A stretch of DNA of 64,000 nt from Deltaproteobacteria bacterium RIFCSPHIGHO2_02_FULL_44_16 (lineage in GTDB: Bacteria > UBA10199 > 2-02-FULL-44-16): assembly GCA_001798185.1 (NCBI GenBank), contig MGRM01000005.1:19925-83924 (forward strand), written 5' to 3'. How positions within the stretch are numbered: position 1 is the stretch's first letter; each line of letters starts with the position of its first letter. Made by a program: the position numbers and the translations under genes. Below are positions 1 to 9,084 of the stretch, piece by piece. The notes beneath the pieces are model-generated. The model was not told where the DNA came from. It saw nothing but the letters and a program-made list of their open reading frames with translations, and made no database searches.

Positions 1-948
1 CAAGCTGCTTATCAAAAGAGAAATCTTGCGGCGTCATCCCTGCGAAAGCAGGGATCTCATGCTGATCATGAGATTCCCGCTTTCGCGGGAATGACTTTAC
101 AATACGATATGCTGCGCAAACTGGAACTCTCGTTGAAAAACTTCCAAACGTTGAAAAAATATTGTGATAAAAAGAAGATCACGTTTTTAGTCACACCTTT
201 TGATGAACTTTCGGCAGATCAGTTAGATCCTCTGGTTGAGCAATTTAAAATTTCTTCTGGTGATTGTACGAATATCCCTTTGCTCAAACATATTGCGAGC
301 AAACGGAAGCCCATTATTCTCTCCACAGGCATGACAACACTTGAAGAGGTAAGAAGAGCGGTTGATATCTTTTCAAAAAAACAATTTACGCTTTTGCATT
401 GCACGACCAACTATCCATGCCCGTTTCCAGAAGTGAATCTGGGTGCAATGAAAACACTCCGAGATGAGTTTCAGTGTCCCGTTGGACTTTCGGATCATAC
501 CGAGGGGATCGAAGTGGCAATAGCAGCTGCAGCCCTTGGTGCATCGGTGATCGAAAAACATTTTACGCTTGATCGAACACTTCCAGGTCCTGACCACAAA
601 GCGTCTCTGGAACCAAATGAGTTAATATCCATGGTGCGAGCGATTCGCAACATTGAACAGGCGCTCGGAGATGGAGTGAAAAAGCCGCAAATTTCGGAAG
701 TGGAGACAGCAAAAGTCGCCAGGCGCAGTCTTGTCTTTTCAAAAAATCTTCCGAAAGGGACCGTGCTTCATGAGACTCACTTTCTGGCAAAGCGTCCAGG
801 AACAGGTCTCTCTCCAGAAAAAATTGAACAGATTGTGGGTCGAACATTAAAAAAAGCTGTTGTGAAAGATGAACTTGTCAGTTTTGAATCGCTAGAAACC
901 AATTTTTTGGATATTGAGAACGCTCACCCTGAGCTTGTCGAAGGGTGA
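1..948 (+). CDS. neuB: N-acylneuraminate / nonulosonic acid synthase (NeuB/PseI/LegI family). It is 5'-partial: the frame is open to the window start, and the repeat element at 33-96 lies inside the open frame.
   Basis: Motifs ILSTGM, LLHCTTNYP, LSDHTEGI and a C-terminal SAF (antifreeze-like) domain are present. The ORF aligns from about residue 85 of NeuB-type enzymes. Frame 1 has no stop between positions 1 and 90. The ATG at 91 is supplied by the repeat element. Confidence 0.75.
   Translation, partial: QAAYQKRNLAASSLRKQGSHADHEIPAFAGMTLQYDMLRKLELSLKNFQTLKKYCDKKKITFLVTPFDELSADQLDPLVEQFKISSGDCTNIPLLKHIASKRKPIILSTGMTTLEEVRRAVDIFSKKQFTLLHCTTNYPCPFPEVNLGAMKTLRDEFQCPVGLSDHTEGIEVAIAAAALGASVIEKHFTLDRTLPGPDHKASLEPNELISMVRAIRNIEQALGDGVKKPQISEVETAKVARRSLVFSKNLPKGTVLHETHFLAKRPGTGLSPEKIEQIVGRTLKKAVVKDELVSFESLETNFLDIENAHPELVEG
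33..96. repeat. Double-hairpin palindromic repeat element, family 1, full copy.
   Basis: The sequence is gtcatccctgc-gaaa-gcagggat...gagattcccgc-tttc-gcgggaatgac. It is highly similar to 26765-26823, and 47426-47452 is a half-copy. Confidence 0.7.
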
Positions 949-995
949 TGCTTCGACAGGCTCAGCATGAACGGGATATTTTTGACTTAATAGGT

Positions 996-1937
996 ATGAA
1001 GAAAAAAATAGTCATCATTGGACTTGGCTCGATTGGAAAACGGCACGCACGTCTTCTGTTGGAAGAGGGCTATGACGTCGTCGCCTTTCGATCAGGGACA
1101 CAAAAAGGGAATGATCTGCAACTTCCTGAAATTTATTCCTGGGAAGAACTTTTTAAACTGAAACCAGACGCCTGTTTCATTACGAACCCAACCCATCTTC
1201 ACTTGAAGACAGTTCAGCCGTGTCTTGAAGCAGGGATTCCTGTTTTTCTCGAAAAACCGATCGATATGTCGTGTGAAAACCTCGATGCTTGTTTATCCAT
1301 GCTGAAAGAGCGCCAGCTCCCGACGTATGTGGCGTATGTGCTTCGGTTTCACCCTGTGGTGAAAGCGCTTCGAGAAGAGCTTCAGGGGAAAAAAGTTTTT
1401 CACGTACGAGGAGTCTGTACGTCATATCTCCCAAGCTGGCGAGCAGGAGAGGCGAAGCAATATTATTCAGCTCATGCTTCGCAAGGGGGAGGAGTGATCC
1501 TTGATGTGTCGCATGAGTTTGACCTTATGGATTATCTTTTAGGCCCTCTTGAAGAGATAAAGGGAAACTTTTCAAGATTGTCACATCTAACTGAAAATGC
1601 AGAGGATTTTGTTGATTGCTTCATGCGATCAAAGACAGGTGCCCAGATCAATCTCCATCTGAATTTTTTGAGTCACCACCGTGAACGTCGTTTGGTCATT
1701 GATACGGAAAAGGGATGCTATAAGGGCGATCTTCTTGCAGGGAAACTTTCGTTTCTTTCCGAAAAAGAAGAGAGCTGGGAAAAACAATATCATTTTCACT
1801 CTGACGATCTTTTCCGAGAGCAGATTCGATACTTTTTTGATCATCTGCATGATCCGACGATGATGAACAATCTTGTAGATGCGGCACCACTCTATCGAAA
1901 AATCATTGCGATGCGAGAGGGGAAATCTCTTTTATGA
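996..1937 (+). CDS. Gfo/Idh/MocA family NAD(P)-dependent oxidoreductase.
   Basis: The N-terminal Rossmann motif is MKKKIVIIGLGSIGKRH. The six-frame ORF starts at a GTG at 945, but the ATG at 996 fits the family N-terminus better. Confidence 0.7.
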   Translation: MKKKIVIIGLGSIGKRHARLLLEEGYDVVAFRSGTQKGNDLQLPEIYSWEELFKLKPDACFITNPTHLHLKTVQPCLEAGIPVFLEKPIDMSCENLDACLSMLKERQLPTYVAYVLRFHPVVKALREELQGKKVFHVRGVCTSYLPSWRAGEAKQYYSAHASQGGGVILDVSHEFDLMDYLLGPLEEIKGNFSRLSHLTENAEDFVDCFMRSKTGAQINLHLNFLSHHRERRLVIDTEKGCYKGDLLAGKLSFLSEKEESWEKQYHFHSDDLFREQIRYFFDHLHDPTMMNNLVDAAPLYRKIIAMREGKSLL

Positions 1938-2644
1938 ACATTCTAGTGACGATTGCTGCGCGCGGTGGTTCCAAAGGAGTGCCTGGAAAAAACATTCGTC
2001 CTCTTTGCGGGAAACCTTTGATAGCTCACACCATTGAACAAGCAAAAAGATGGGGAAGAGCTTCGCACAGTGTGGTGAGCACAGATTCTGACAAGATTGC
2101 TTCTGTTGCCCGTGATTACGGTGCGCTTGTTCCCTTTATGCGTCCCGCAGAGATGGCAACCGATACTGCGGATAAGTTTTCGGTTCTTCGCCATGCCACA
2201 AAAACTTCCGAAGAAATTTTTCAAACGACGTACGATATTATCGTGGATCTTGATGTAACATCTCCTTTTCGAACGGTGCAAGATTTGGAAAATTGTTTAG
2301 ATATCTTTACCCAGAAAAGGCCGCAGGCCCTTTTTAGTGTGGTCAGGGCGCATAAGAGCCCGTACTTCAATATGGTGGAAGTGGATGAGAGGGGATTTGC
2401 TTCTCTTTCGAAACGACTTGCCACGAATATTCATCGTCGTCAGGACGCGCCGGTGGTGTATGCGATGAATGCTTCGATTTATTTTTATGATCGAGATTTT
2501 TTAATTGATCCCCAAAGCATGTCTCCCATTTCAGATCGCTCAGTGATTTATGAAATGGAAGAAATCTCGAGTTTCGATATCGATCGCGAAATCGATTTTC
2601 ACTACGCAGAATTTCTTGTCACGGGAGGATATTTTTCATTATGA
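1934..2644 (+). CDS. neuA: Acylneuraminate cytidylyltransferase (CMP-nonulosonic acid synthetase).
   Basis: The protein carries the ARGGSKGVPGKN motif characteristic of CMP-NeuAc/CMP-Pse/CMP-Leg synthetases. It overlaps the upstream gene in an ATGA junction. Confidence 0.8.
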   Translation: MNILVTIAARGGSKGVPGKNIRPLCGKPLIAHTIEQAKRWGRASHSVVSTDSDKIASVARDYGALVPFMRPAEMATDTADKFSVLRHATKTSEEIFQTTYDIIVDLDVTSPFRTVQDLENCLDIFTQKRPQALFSVVRAHKSPYFNMVEVDERGFASLSKRLATNIHRRQDAPVVYAMNASIYFYDRDFLIDPQSMSPISDRSVIYEMEEISSFDIDREIDFHYAEFLVTGGYFSL

Positions 2645-3420
2645 AAAATCTTTTCGATCTTACAGATCGTGTGGTAGTCGTTACGGGAGGAGCAGGGACG
2701 CTTGGGAGAAGTTTTGTTTCGGCATTTCTTCAAGCCGGGGCAAACGTTGTCATTGCTGAAAAGGATGTTGAATGCGCAAATGATTTTGTTTCTCAATTAC
2801 AGTATAAAGATCGTGTACAGTCTGTAGCTCTCGATATCTCATCTGAATCTTCTCTTCTCTCTTGTATGACCGACATCGTAAAGCGCCAGGGACGTATCGA
2901 TGTCTGGATCAACAACGCTTATCCACGCACGAGCGATTGGCATCTTCCCTTCGATAAAATTCCTTTTGCGTCATGGCAGAAAAATATCAATGATCATTTG
3001 AATGGCTATTGCTGGTGTGCCCGCGAGGTGGCCGAAGAAATGAAAAGCCACGGCAGTGGCTCGATCATTAATATTGCCTCTATTTATGGAATTGTTGGCC
3101 CCGATTTTTCGATTTACGAAGGAACACAGATGACGATGCCAGCAGCCTATGCAGCGATCAAAGGAGGCATTGTTCAGTTCACGCGCTATTTAGCCTCTTG
3201 GTACGGTTCTTCTGGAGTACGGGTGAATACGATCTCTCCTGGTGGTATTGAAGCGGATCAACCGAAAAGTTTTAAAGAAAAATATATCGCGCGAACACCG
3301 CTCCGCCGCATGGGGACGCCTGAAGATATTTCAGGTGCAGCCCTTTTTCTCGCTTCCGACGCTTCATCTTATATGACCGGCCACAATCTCGTGATTGATG
3401 GCGGTTGGAGTATTATATGA
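2641..3420 (+). CDS. SDR family oxidoreductase.
   Basis: It has the TGGAGTLG Rossmann motif and SDR length (259 aa). It overlaps the upstream gene in an ATGA junction. Confidence 0.75.
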   Translation: MKNLFDLTDRVVVVTGGAGTLGRSFVSAFLQAGANVVIAEKDVECANDFVSQLQYKDRVQSVALDISSESSLLSCMTDIVKRQGRIDVWINNAYPRTSDWHLPFDKIPFASWQKNINDHLNGYCWCAREVAEEMKSHGSGSIINIASIYGIVGPDFSIYEGTQMTMPAAYAAIKGGIVQFTRYLASWYGSSGVRVNTISPGGIEADQPKSFKEKYIARTPLRRMGTPEDISGAALFLASDASSYMTGHNLVIDGGWSII

Positions 3421-5579
3421 AAATTTTAAGTACCCTTGGTCCCGCCTCGTTGAAAAAAGAGATCATTCAAAAGTTAGATGTGCTTGGTGTTGACATTTTT
3501 CGTATTAATCTTTCCCATGTGGGTCTCGATGTTCTCGAGCAGATCATTTGCACCATCAAAGAAGCGACTTCAAAACAGATTTGTATTGATACGGAAGGGG
3601 CGCAAATCCGCAATCGATACATGGAAAAGAATGTGCAGGTGAAAGAAAATGCGCTCATTGAACTGACCTCTCAAGAAGTGCTTGGCAATGAACGTCTGCT
3701 TTCACTTTCACCGACCTTTGCGGTCGATCTCATTGAAGAGGGGAGTTTTGTCAGTATCGATTTTGATTCTGTCTTTTTACACGTGATTGAAAAAAAACCG
3801 GGGAAACTCATTGCCAAAGTTCTTTCGGGCGGCACGATCGGAAGTAATAAGGCTGTGACGGTCGATCATCCGGTAGCTCTCCCGGTGCTTTCAGAAAAAG
3901 ATGAAAAAGCCATCGAGCTTGCAAAAAAATATGGCATTGATTGTTACGCACTTTCATTTGCTTCAAGCGCCAAAGCGGTGAAGTATGTTCGCGAACGTAT
4001 AGGATCATCGGCATTTTTAATCTCAAAAATTGAAAGTCGGCAGGGTGTTCGCAATGTGGACGAAATTCTTGAGGTCACTGATGCAATTCTGATTGATCGC
4101 GGCGATCTTTCGCGTGAAGTGGCCATTGAAAAAATTCCCTTTCTTCAAAAACTTCTGATTCAAAAAGCGAATGAGAAAAAAGTGCCAGTGTTCGTTGCAA
4201 CAAATCTTCTCGAATCAATGACTGATCGTCGGAAACCGACACGCGCTGAAATGAATGATGTCATGAATACACTTCTTGATGGAGCCGATGGCCTTGTTTT
4301 AGCGGCTGAGACTGCAGTGGGAAAACATCCGCGCGATTGTGTGGCTCTTGTCTCCTCGTGTATTCAGCACTTTCAGGAATGCACCAAGATAAAATCTTGT
4401 GATGATCTTCTGGCAGATCATTCCTTTTTTCTCACAGCACCACACGGTGGGACATTAGTAGAAGCGTTGTCGGAAAAGAGAGATCGAGAGGAACTTTCTG
4501 CTTTTCCAACTCTTTTTGTGGATGAAACCACCTTGATGGATGCAGAGCAGATTGCCATTGGAACCTTTTCTCCGCTTCGTGGATTTATGACGCGTGAAGA
4601 GGTGCAGCATGTTCTTTCTGACTATGCTTTGCCAACAGGAACACCTTGGCCTCTTCCTATTCTCTTTCAAGTATCACAGGAACAAGCTGCACGTTGTCGT
4701 GAAAACAAATGTGTTGCTCTTGCGTCGTCGCAAACAAAACAAGTTCATGCGCTTCTTCAGGTAACCGATGTTTATCCTTATGATCTTAAAAAGCTCGCTC
4801 GTGAGATGTATGGAGTTGACACTGAAGAGCATGCTGGAGTGAAGCGTCTTCTGAAAAATGAGGGATGGTTTGTGGGCGGAGAAATAACGCTCGTGAGCAG
4901 ATTGCCGCGTCCTCTGAAACGTTATGAACTCACGCCTCGTCAGACGCGCATTATTTTTGAACATCAGGGATGGAGTCGTATCGTCGGTTTTCATACACGC
5001 AATGTGATTCATCGCGCGCATGAAGCGCTTCAACTCACGGCGCTCGAAAAATATGGATGCGATGCGCTTTTTGTGCATCCGGTGGTGGGCCCAAAAAAGA
5101 AGGATGACTATACATCTGAAGTGATTCTCAAAAGTTATGAACATATGGTGGAACATCATTATCCTTCGCAGGTGCTCTTAGCAGCCTTCTCTACGTTTTC
5201 GCGATATGCAGGTCCACGCGAAGCGGTCTTTACAGCGCTTTGCCGGAAAAATTTCGGATGCAGTCATTTCATTATGGGACGCGACCACACAGGTGTCGGA
5301 GAGTTTTATGCAGCCGATGCGTCCCAGAAGCTTTTTTCCGAAATGGGAGATTTAGGAATTCAACCTGTTTTCTTTGATCGTGTTTCCTATTGCGATAAAT
5401 GTGGTCGTCATGTGGAAACATGCGAGCATGGAGAAGCAGCGCATCTTTTTATCAGTGGAACCAAAGCGCGAGAGATGTTGATGGCAGGAGAACGACCCCC
5501 GGAATGGTTTATGCGTTCGGATATCTCAGATCTTTTAATGAAAGCGATGAAGGAAGGAAAAGAAGTCTTTGTCTCCTAA
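3417..5579 (+). CDS. sat: Fusion protein: an N-terminal pyruvate-kinase-like barrel domain joined to a complete ATP sulfurylase (sulfate adenylyltransferase) with its PUA-like and catalytic domains.
   Basis: The first ~330 aa align with pyruvate kinase (LGPAS, IDTEGAQIRN, RGDLSREV, MTDRRKPTRAEMNDVMNTLLDGADGLVLAAETAVGK). The C-terminal ~390 aa carry ATP sulfurylase motifs (GTFSPLRGFM, FHTRNVIHRAHE, GRDHTGVG). Confidence 0.8.
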   Translation: MKILSTLGPASLKKEIIQKLDVLGVDIFRINLSHVGLDVLEQIICTIKEATSKQICIDTEGAQIRNRYMEKNVQVKENALIELTSQEVLGNERLLSLSPTFAVDLIEEGSFVSIDFDSVFLHVIEKKPGKLIAKVLSGGTIGSNKAVTVDHPVALPVLSEKDEKAIELAKKYGIDCYALSFASSAKAVKYVRERIGSSAFLISKIESRQGVRNVDEILEVTDAILIDRGDLSREVAIEKIPFLQKLLIQKANEKKVPVFVATNLLESMTDRRKPTRAEMNDVMNTLLDGADGLVLAAETAVGKHPRDCVALVSSCIQHFQECTKIKSCDDLLADHSFFLTAPHGGTLVEALSEKRDREELSAFPTLFVDETTLMDAEQIAIGTFSPLRGFMTREEVQHVLSDYALPTGTPWPLPILFQVSQEQAARCRENKCVALASSQTKQVHALLQVTDVYPYDLKKLAREMYGVDTEEHAGVKRLLKNEGWFVGGEITLVSRLPRPLKRYELTPRQTRIIFEHQGWSRIVGFHTRNVIHRAHEALQLTALEKYGCDALFVHPVVGPKKKDDYTSEVILKSYEHMVEHHYPSQVLLAAFSTFSRYAGPREAVFTALCRKNFGCSHFIMGRDHTGVGEFYAADASQKLFSEMGDLGIQPVFFDRVSYCDKCGRHVETCEHGEAAHLFISGTKAREMLMAGERPPEWFMRSDISDLLMKAMKEGKEVFVS

Positions 5580-6105
5580 ACAAGCTCCTATTTTTTGGAT
5601 GACCGGTTTGTCTGGCGCTGGCAAAACGACCCTCGTCAATGCGGCGATCCGTGAACTTTCAGCTGAAGGATATCGTATCAAAGTGCTCGATGGCGATGTG
5701 GTGCGACTGGAAGTCAATCCCCATTTAGGTTTTACGCCAGAGGATATCCGAGAGAATAATCGTATTATTGCAACCCTCTGTCTTGAGCATCGTCCTCATC
5801 ACGATCTTCTTTTTGTTCCGGTGATTACCCCCTTTGAAGATATACGAAACGAAATTCGAAAACGAATTGGGGAAGGATTTTTTCTCATTTATCTCAAGAC
5901 ATCGTTACAGACGGTGATGCAACGAGATGTCAAAGGGCTCTATCAAAAGGCTTTAAAAAAAGAGATTGATCATGTGATCGGTTTTGATGAGCGCGTTCCG
6001 TTTCAGGAACCAACGCATCCAGATCTTGTGATTCATACAGAGAAAGAAATGTTAACTGAATCGACGGATTGCTTTTTGACGTTTATTCGAAAGGTTTTAG
6101 ATTAA
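5569..6105 (+). CDS. cysC: Adenylylsulfate (APS) kinase.
   Basis: The P-loop WMTGLSGAGKTT is present with APS kinase length and context. The ORF track places a TTG start at 5569. Confidence 0.85.
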   Translation: MSPKQAPIFWMTGLSGAGKTTLVNAAIRELSAEGYRIKVLDGDVVRLEVNPHLGFTPEDIRENNRIIATLCLEHRPHHDLLFVPVITPFEDIRNEIRKRIGEGFFLIYLKTSLQTVMQRDVKGLYQKALKKEIDHVIGFDERVPFQEPTHPDLVIHTEKEMLTESTDCFLTFIRKVLD

Positions 6106-6108
6106 GCG

Positions 6109-7725
6109 ATGGGTGAGCAGATATATACGGTGATTGGTTCAGGTCCGAGTGCGGTGCATGCGGCCCTCACGTTATTAGAGCGAGGAAAACGTGTTCGCCT
6201 TCTCGATGTGGGAGAAGAAGAAAAACCGATTCCATATCCTGAAGTCAATTTTTTGGAATTGAAATCAAAACTTTCTGATCCTTTTCGTTTTTTCCTCGGA
6301 GAACATGCAGAAGGGGTTCTTTCTCCAAATAGAGAAGAAATTTTTTCCTATCCTCCTGTACGAAATTTTCATGTTTCCTCTCACAATCCTTATTTTCGTG
6401 TTGAGGGAAAAGAATTTGTTCCGATTGTTTCGCACAATCGTGGCGGTCTCGGAGTAGCGTGGGGTGCGAACTGTCTGCCATACGATGCTGACGACATGAG
6501 AGATTTTCCGGTCTCTTCCCAGGAGTTTGCGAGTGCCTATGAGCGCGTGGGAAAACGCATTGCGATTTGCGGTGAACGTCAGGAGGAGGGGGGATCTTTT
6601 TTACCTCTTAATCGACATGATGCGCAGGTATGGAAAAAATATCTTGAGCACCAACATCTTCTGCAGAAAAAATTTCGCATCGTGATGGAACGCGCGCGAA
6701 TGGCGGTGGATACAGATCCACATTCGCCAACCCGTTGTATTTCGTGCAATCGTTGTTTGTGGGGATGTGGAGTGGGAGCGATTTATAATCCGACAGCCAC
6801 CCTTGAACTCTGTCGACGGTATGAACAATTTGAATATCGCTCCGGCATCTACGTTACCTCGTTTGGGATTGAACACGGAAAAGTGACGAAGATTCATTTT
6901 TTCGATATCCCTCGACAGCAATTCGATACTCTCTCAGCTGAAACTGTTTTGCTCGGTGCTGGTGCTCTCAGTAGTGCTGGCATCTTCTTACGAACGCTCA
7001 AAAATGACCCACAGTTCGCTCCTCAATGGAAAGAGCGTCAGCTCCGAACGCGGTCGGTGATGGATACGCAGGTCATCAAGCTCCCCTATCTTTTATGGCG
7101 TGCGCTTGGGAGTCAGGTTGATCCTCATGATTTTCAATTTAACAAGCTTATTCTCGGATATATGAATGAAACCTGTTCGCACTACCCTCGTTATGTTCAT
7201 GCAGAAGTGCTTTCGCTTTCGAGTTTGCTCTATCATCCTCTCATCGAATCGCTCCCGTTTGGAAGTCGCGATTCAGCTCGAATCTTCGCACAGATTCGAT
7301 CAGCGCTGGGTGTGGCGACTTATTTTCTTCCGGATCGACCGTATGGAGAGAATGGTATTTCCTTGGAACCTGATGGGGGAACCATTACCGGCGATCGTTT
7401 AAAAATTACGTATCAAACAGATCCTCAAAAAATGGCATTGGCTGAAGAAGCGTGTCAATATACCCGACGCGTTTTTCGTCGCCTTGGATGTTGGATGCCA
7501 AAAAAGAAGATGCTTCAGCCAAAACCGGGAAGCGGGATTCATTATGCCGGAACGATTCCGATGTCGAAAGAACGTGATATCCTCTGTATCGATTCGAAAG
7601 GTGCAAGTTTTGCCTATCCGAATTTGTATGTCATCGATGGTTCTGGCTTTCCAACGCTTCCTTCAAAAAGCATTACCTTTTCATTGATGGCAAATGCGAC
7701 ACGCATTGCGGAACATGTTTCCTGA
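6109..7725 (+). CDS. GMC family FAD-dependent oxidoreductase.
   Basis: The N-terminal FAD dinucleotide fold is VIGSGPSAVHAA and the C-terminal GMC-type motif is GSGFPTLPSKSITFSLMA. Confidence 0.65.
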   Translation: MGEQIYTVIGSGPSAVHAALTLLERGKRVRLLDVGEEEKPIPYPEVNFLELKSKLSDPFRFFLGEHAEGVLSPNREEIFSYPPVRNFHVSSHNPYFRVEGKEFVPIVSHNRGGLGVAWGANCLPYDADDMRDFPVSSQEFASAYERVGKRIAICGERQEEGGSFLPLNRHDAQVWKKYLEHQHLLQKKFRIVMERARMAVDTDPHSPTRCISCNRCLWGCGVGAIYNPTATLELCRRYEQFEYRSGIYVTSFGIEHGKVTKIHFFDIPRQQFDTLSAETVLLGAGALSSAGIFLRTLKNDPQFAPQWKERQLRTRSVMDTQVIKLPYLLWRALGSQVDPHDFQFNKLILGYMNETCSHYPRYVHAEVLSLSSLLYHPLIESLPFGSRDSARIFAQIRSALGVATYFLPDRPYGENGISLEPDGGTITGDRLKITYQTDPQKMALAEEACQYTRRVFRRLGCWMPKKKMLQPKPGSGIHYAGTIPMSKERDILCIDSKGASFAYPNLYVIDGSGFPTLPSKSITFSLMANATRIAEHVS

Positions 7726-8647
7726 TGAAAATAAAAAAGATGTTTTTGTGACTGGTGCTCACCGATCTGGCTCGAGTTGGATTGGAAAGATGTTGGCTCT
7801 TGGAGAAAATATTTGTCTTCGAGATGAAGAAATTTTTCATCGTTATTGGGAGTTGGCAAAAGCTCCTTTTGAAAAAATGCATGCGTATATTTGTCAGGAG
7901 AATGAACATCACTATCTCCCTTATGTGAATCGTATGGTGAACAATCGTTTCCATTTAGCACGAGCGATGGCGCATATTCGTTCAGCGCGAGATGTAGGTC
8001 GTGTTGTGAAGCGTCAGGGAGTTTTTTGGAGGCGACAACTTCAATCAGCAGAACGCACGATTTACATTGAACCGATCGGACTGTTTTCTGCTGAATGGTT
8101 TTCTCAGAAATTTCATACCGATATGCTTCTCGTGATCAGGCATCCAGCTTCTTTTGTGAGTAGTTTGAAAAGTTTGAATTGGGGTTATAACTTCAATGAT
8201 CTTCTTGAACAACCTCTTTTAATGGACCGCTATTTATCGCGATTTCGCCATGACATGGAGAGAGCTCCTCGTAAACCGGATGTGGTTGGTATCGGCATTC
8301 TTCTCTGGAAAATTTTGTATTCTGTAGTTCATCAGTATCAACAACAGCATCCTGACTGGATTTTTATTCGACATGAAGATTATGCGCAACATCCAGAAAA
8401 AAAGTTTCAAGAACTCTATCAGCGTTTACACTTTCCGTTTACAACAACAGTAGAGCAGACTATTTCCGATTATACTTCTCCCTCTAATCCAACGGAATTT
8501 TCTGGAAAAAGAGATGACTCTCGTCGCAATAGCCGTGAAACAATTCATATTTGGAAAACTCGTTTAACAGAAGAAGAGGTGAAGCGCATTCGTGATGGTG
8601 TGGAAGAAGTCTCTTCGTTTTTCTATGATGGAGCGAGTTGGGAATGA
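7715..8647 (+). CDS. PAPS-dependent sulfotransferase.
   Basis: A 5'-PSB-like loop (TGAHRSGSSW) and a 3'-PB-like motif (RHPASFVSS) are present. The gene lies immediately downstream of the sat-cysC PAPS module. Confidence 0.7.
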   Translation: MFPDENKKDVFVTGAHRSGSSWIGKMLALGENICLRDEEIFHRYWELAKAPFEKMHAYICQENEHHYLPYVNRMVNNRFHLARAMAHIRSARDVGRVVKRQGVFWRRQLQSAERTIYIEPIGLFSAEWFSQKFHTDMLLVIRHPASFVSSLKSLNWGYNFNDLLEQPLLMDRYLSRFRHDMERAPRKPDVVGIGILLWKILYSVVHQYQQQHPDWIFIRHEDYAQHPEKKFQELYQRLHFPFTTTVEQTISDYTSPSNPTEFSGKRDDSRRNSRETIHIWKTRLTEEEVKRIRDGVEEVSSFFYDGASWE

Positions 8648-9084
8648 AACAGGAACTGACGCGGATAGTTCACTATCTTTTTGGTATGTCTGCCGGGAAT
8701 GCTGCTTTTTCTTCCCTGTATGAAGAGAACGTGCATCGCATTTGTGCCGGTTCAAATCCAAGTCCTTTTTCGCATCTGGTATCGAAGGTTGCACTCAAAC
8801 ACCGATTTTTTTTAATGTTGCTCGATCCATGGACTCGTCTTTTTGATCCTAAAAGTCTTCTTCGATGTAAGCTTAATTTTGTAGTGGCATTAGCAGAATG
8901 TGATCCTCTCTTATGCTTGAAACTTCAAAGAAAAACACAAGGAGATATGATTTCTGTGATGATCATCGGTCTCTGGCTCGTCATTCGATGGGCAATGTTT
9001 CTGCTGGTGGGAACTCTTTTGGTAGCATTTTTAAAATGTATTTCGGTGGTGAAACGAAATGAAGCATTCCTTTTTTCACGATAA
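8638..9084 (+). CDS. Hypothetical small membrane protein.
   Basis: This 148-aa ORF fills an otherwise empty 400-bp gap and has a C-terminal hydrophobic helix. No family was recognised. Confidence 0.3.
   Translation: MGMKQELTRIVHYLFGMSAGNAAFSSLYEENVHRICAGSNPSPFSHLVSKVALKHRFFLMLLDPWTRLFDPKSLLRCKLNFVVALAECDPLLCLKLQRKTQGDMISVMIIGLWLVIRWAMFLLVGTLLVAFLKCISVVKRNEAFLFSR

Noticed and set aside
7694-7714. Upstream extension (MRHALRN) of the sulfotransferase ORF overlapping the GMC oxidoreductase by 32 bp.
   Set aside because: The ATG at 7715 gives an 11-bp overlap. The 5'-PSB P-loop motif still begins within 20 residues, so the shorter form is more parsimonious. This is not certain.
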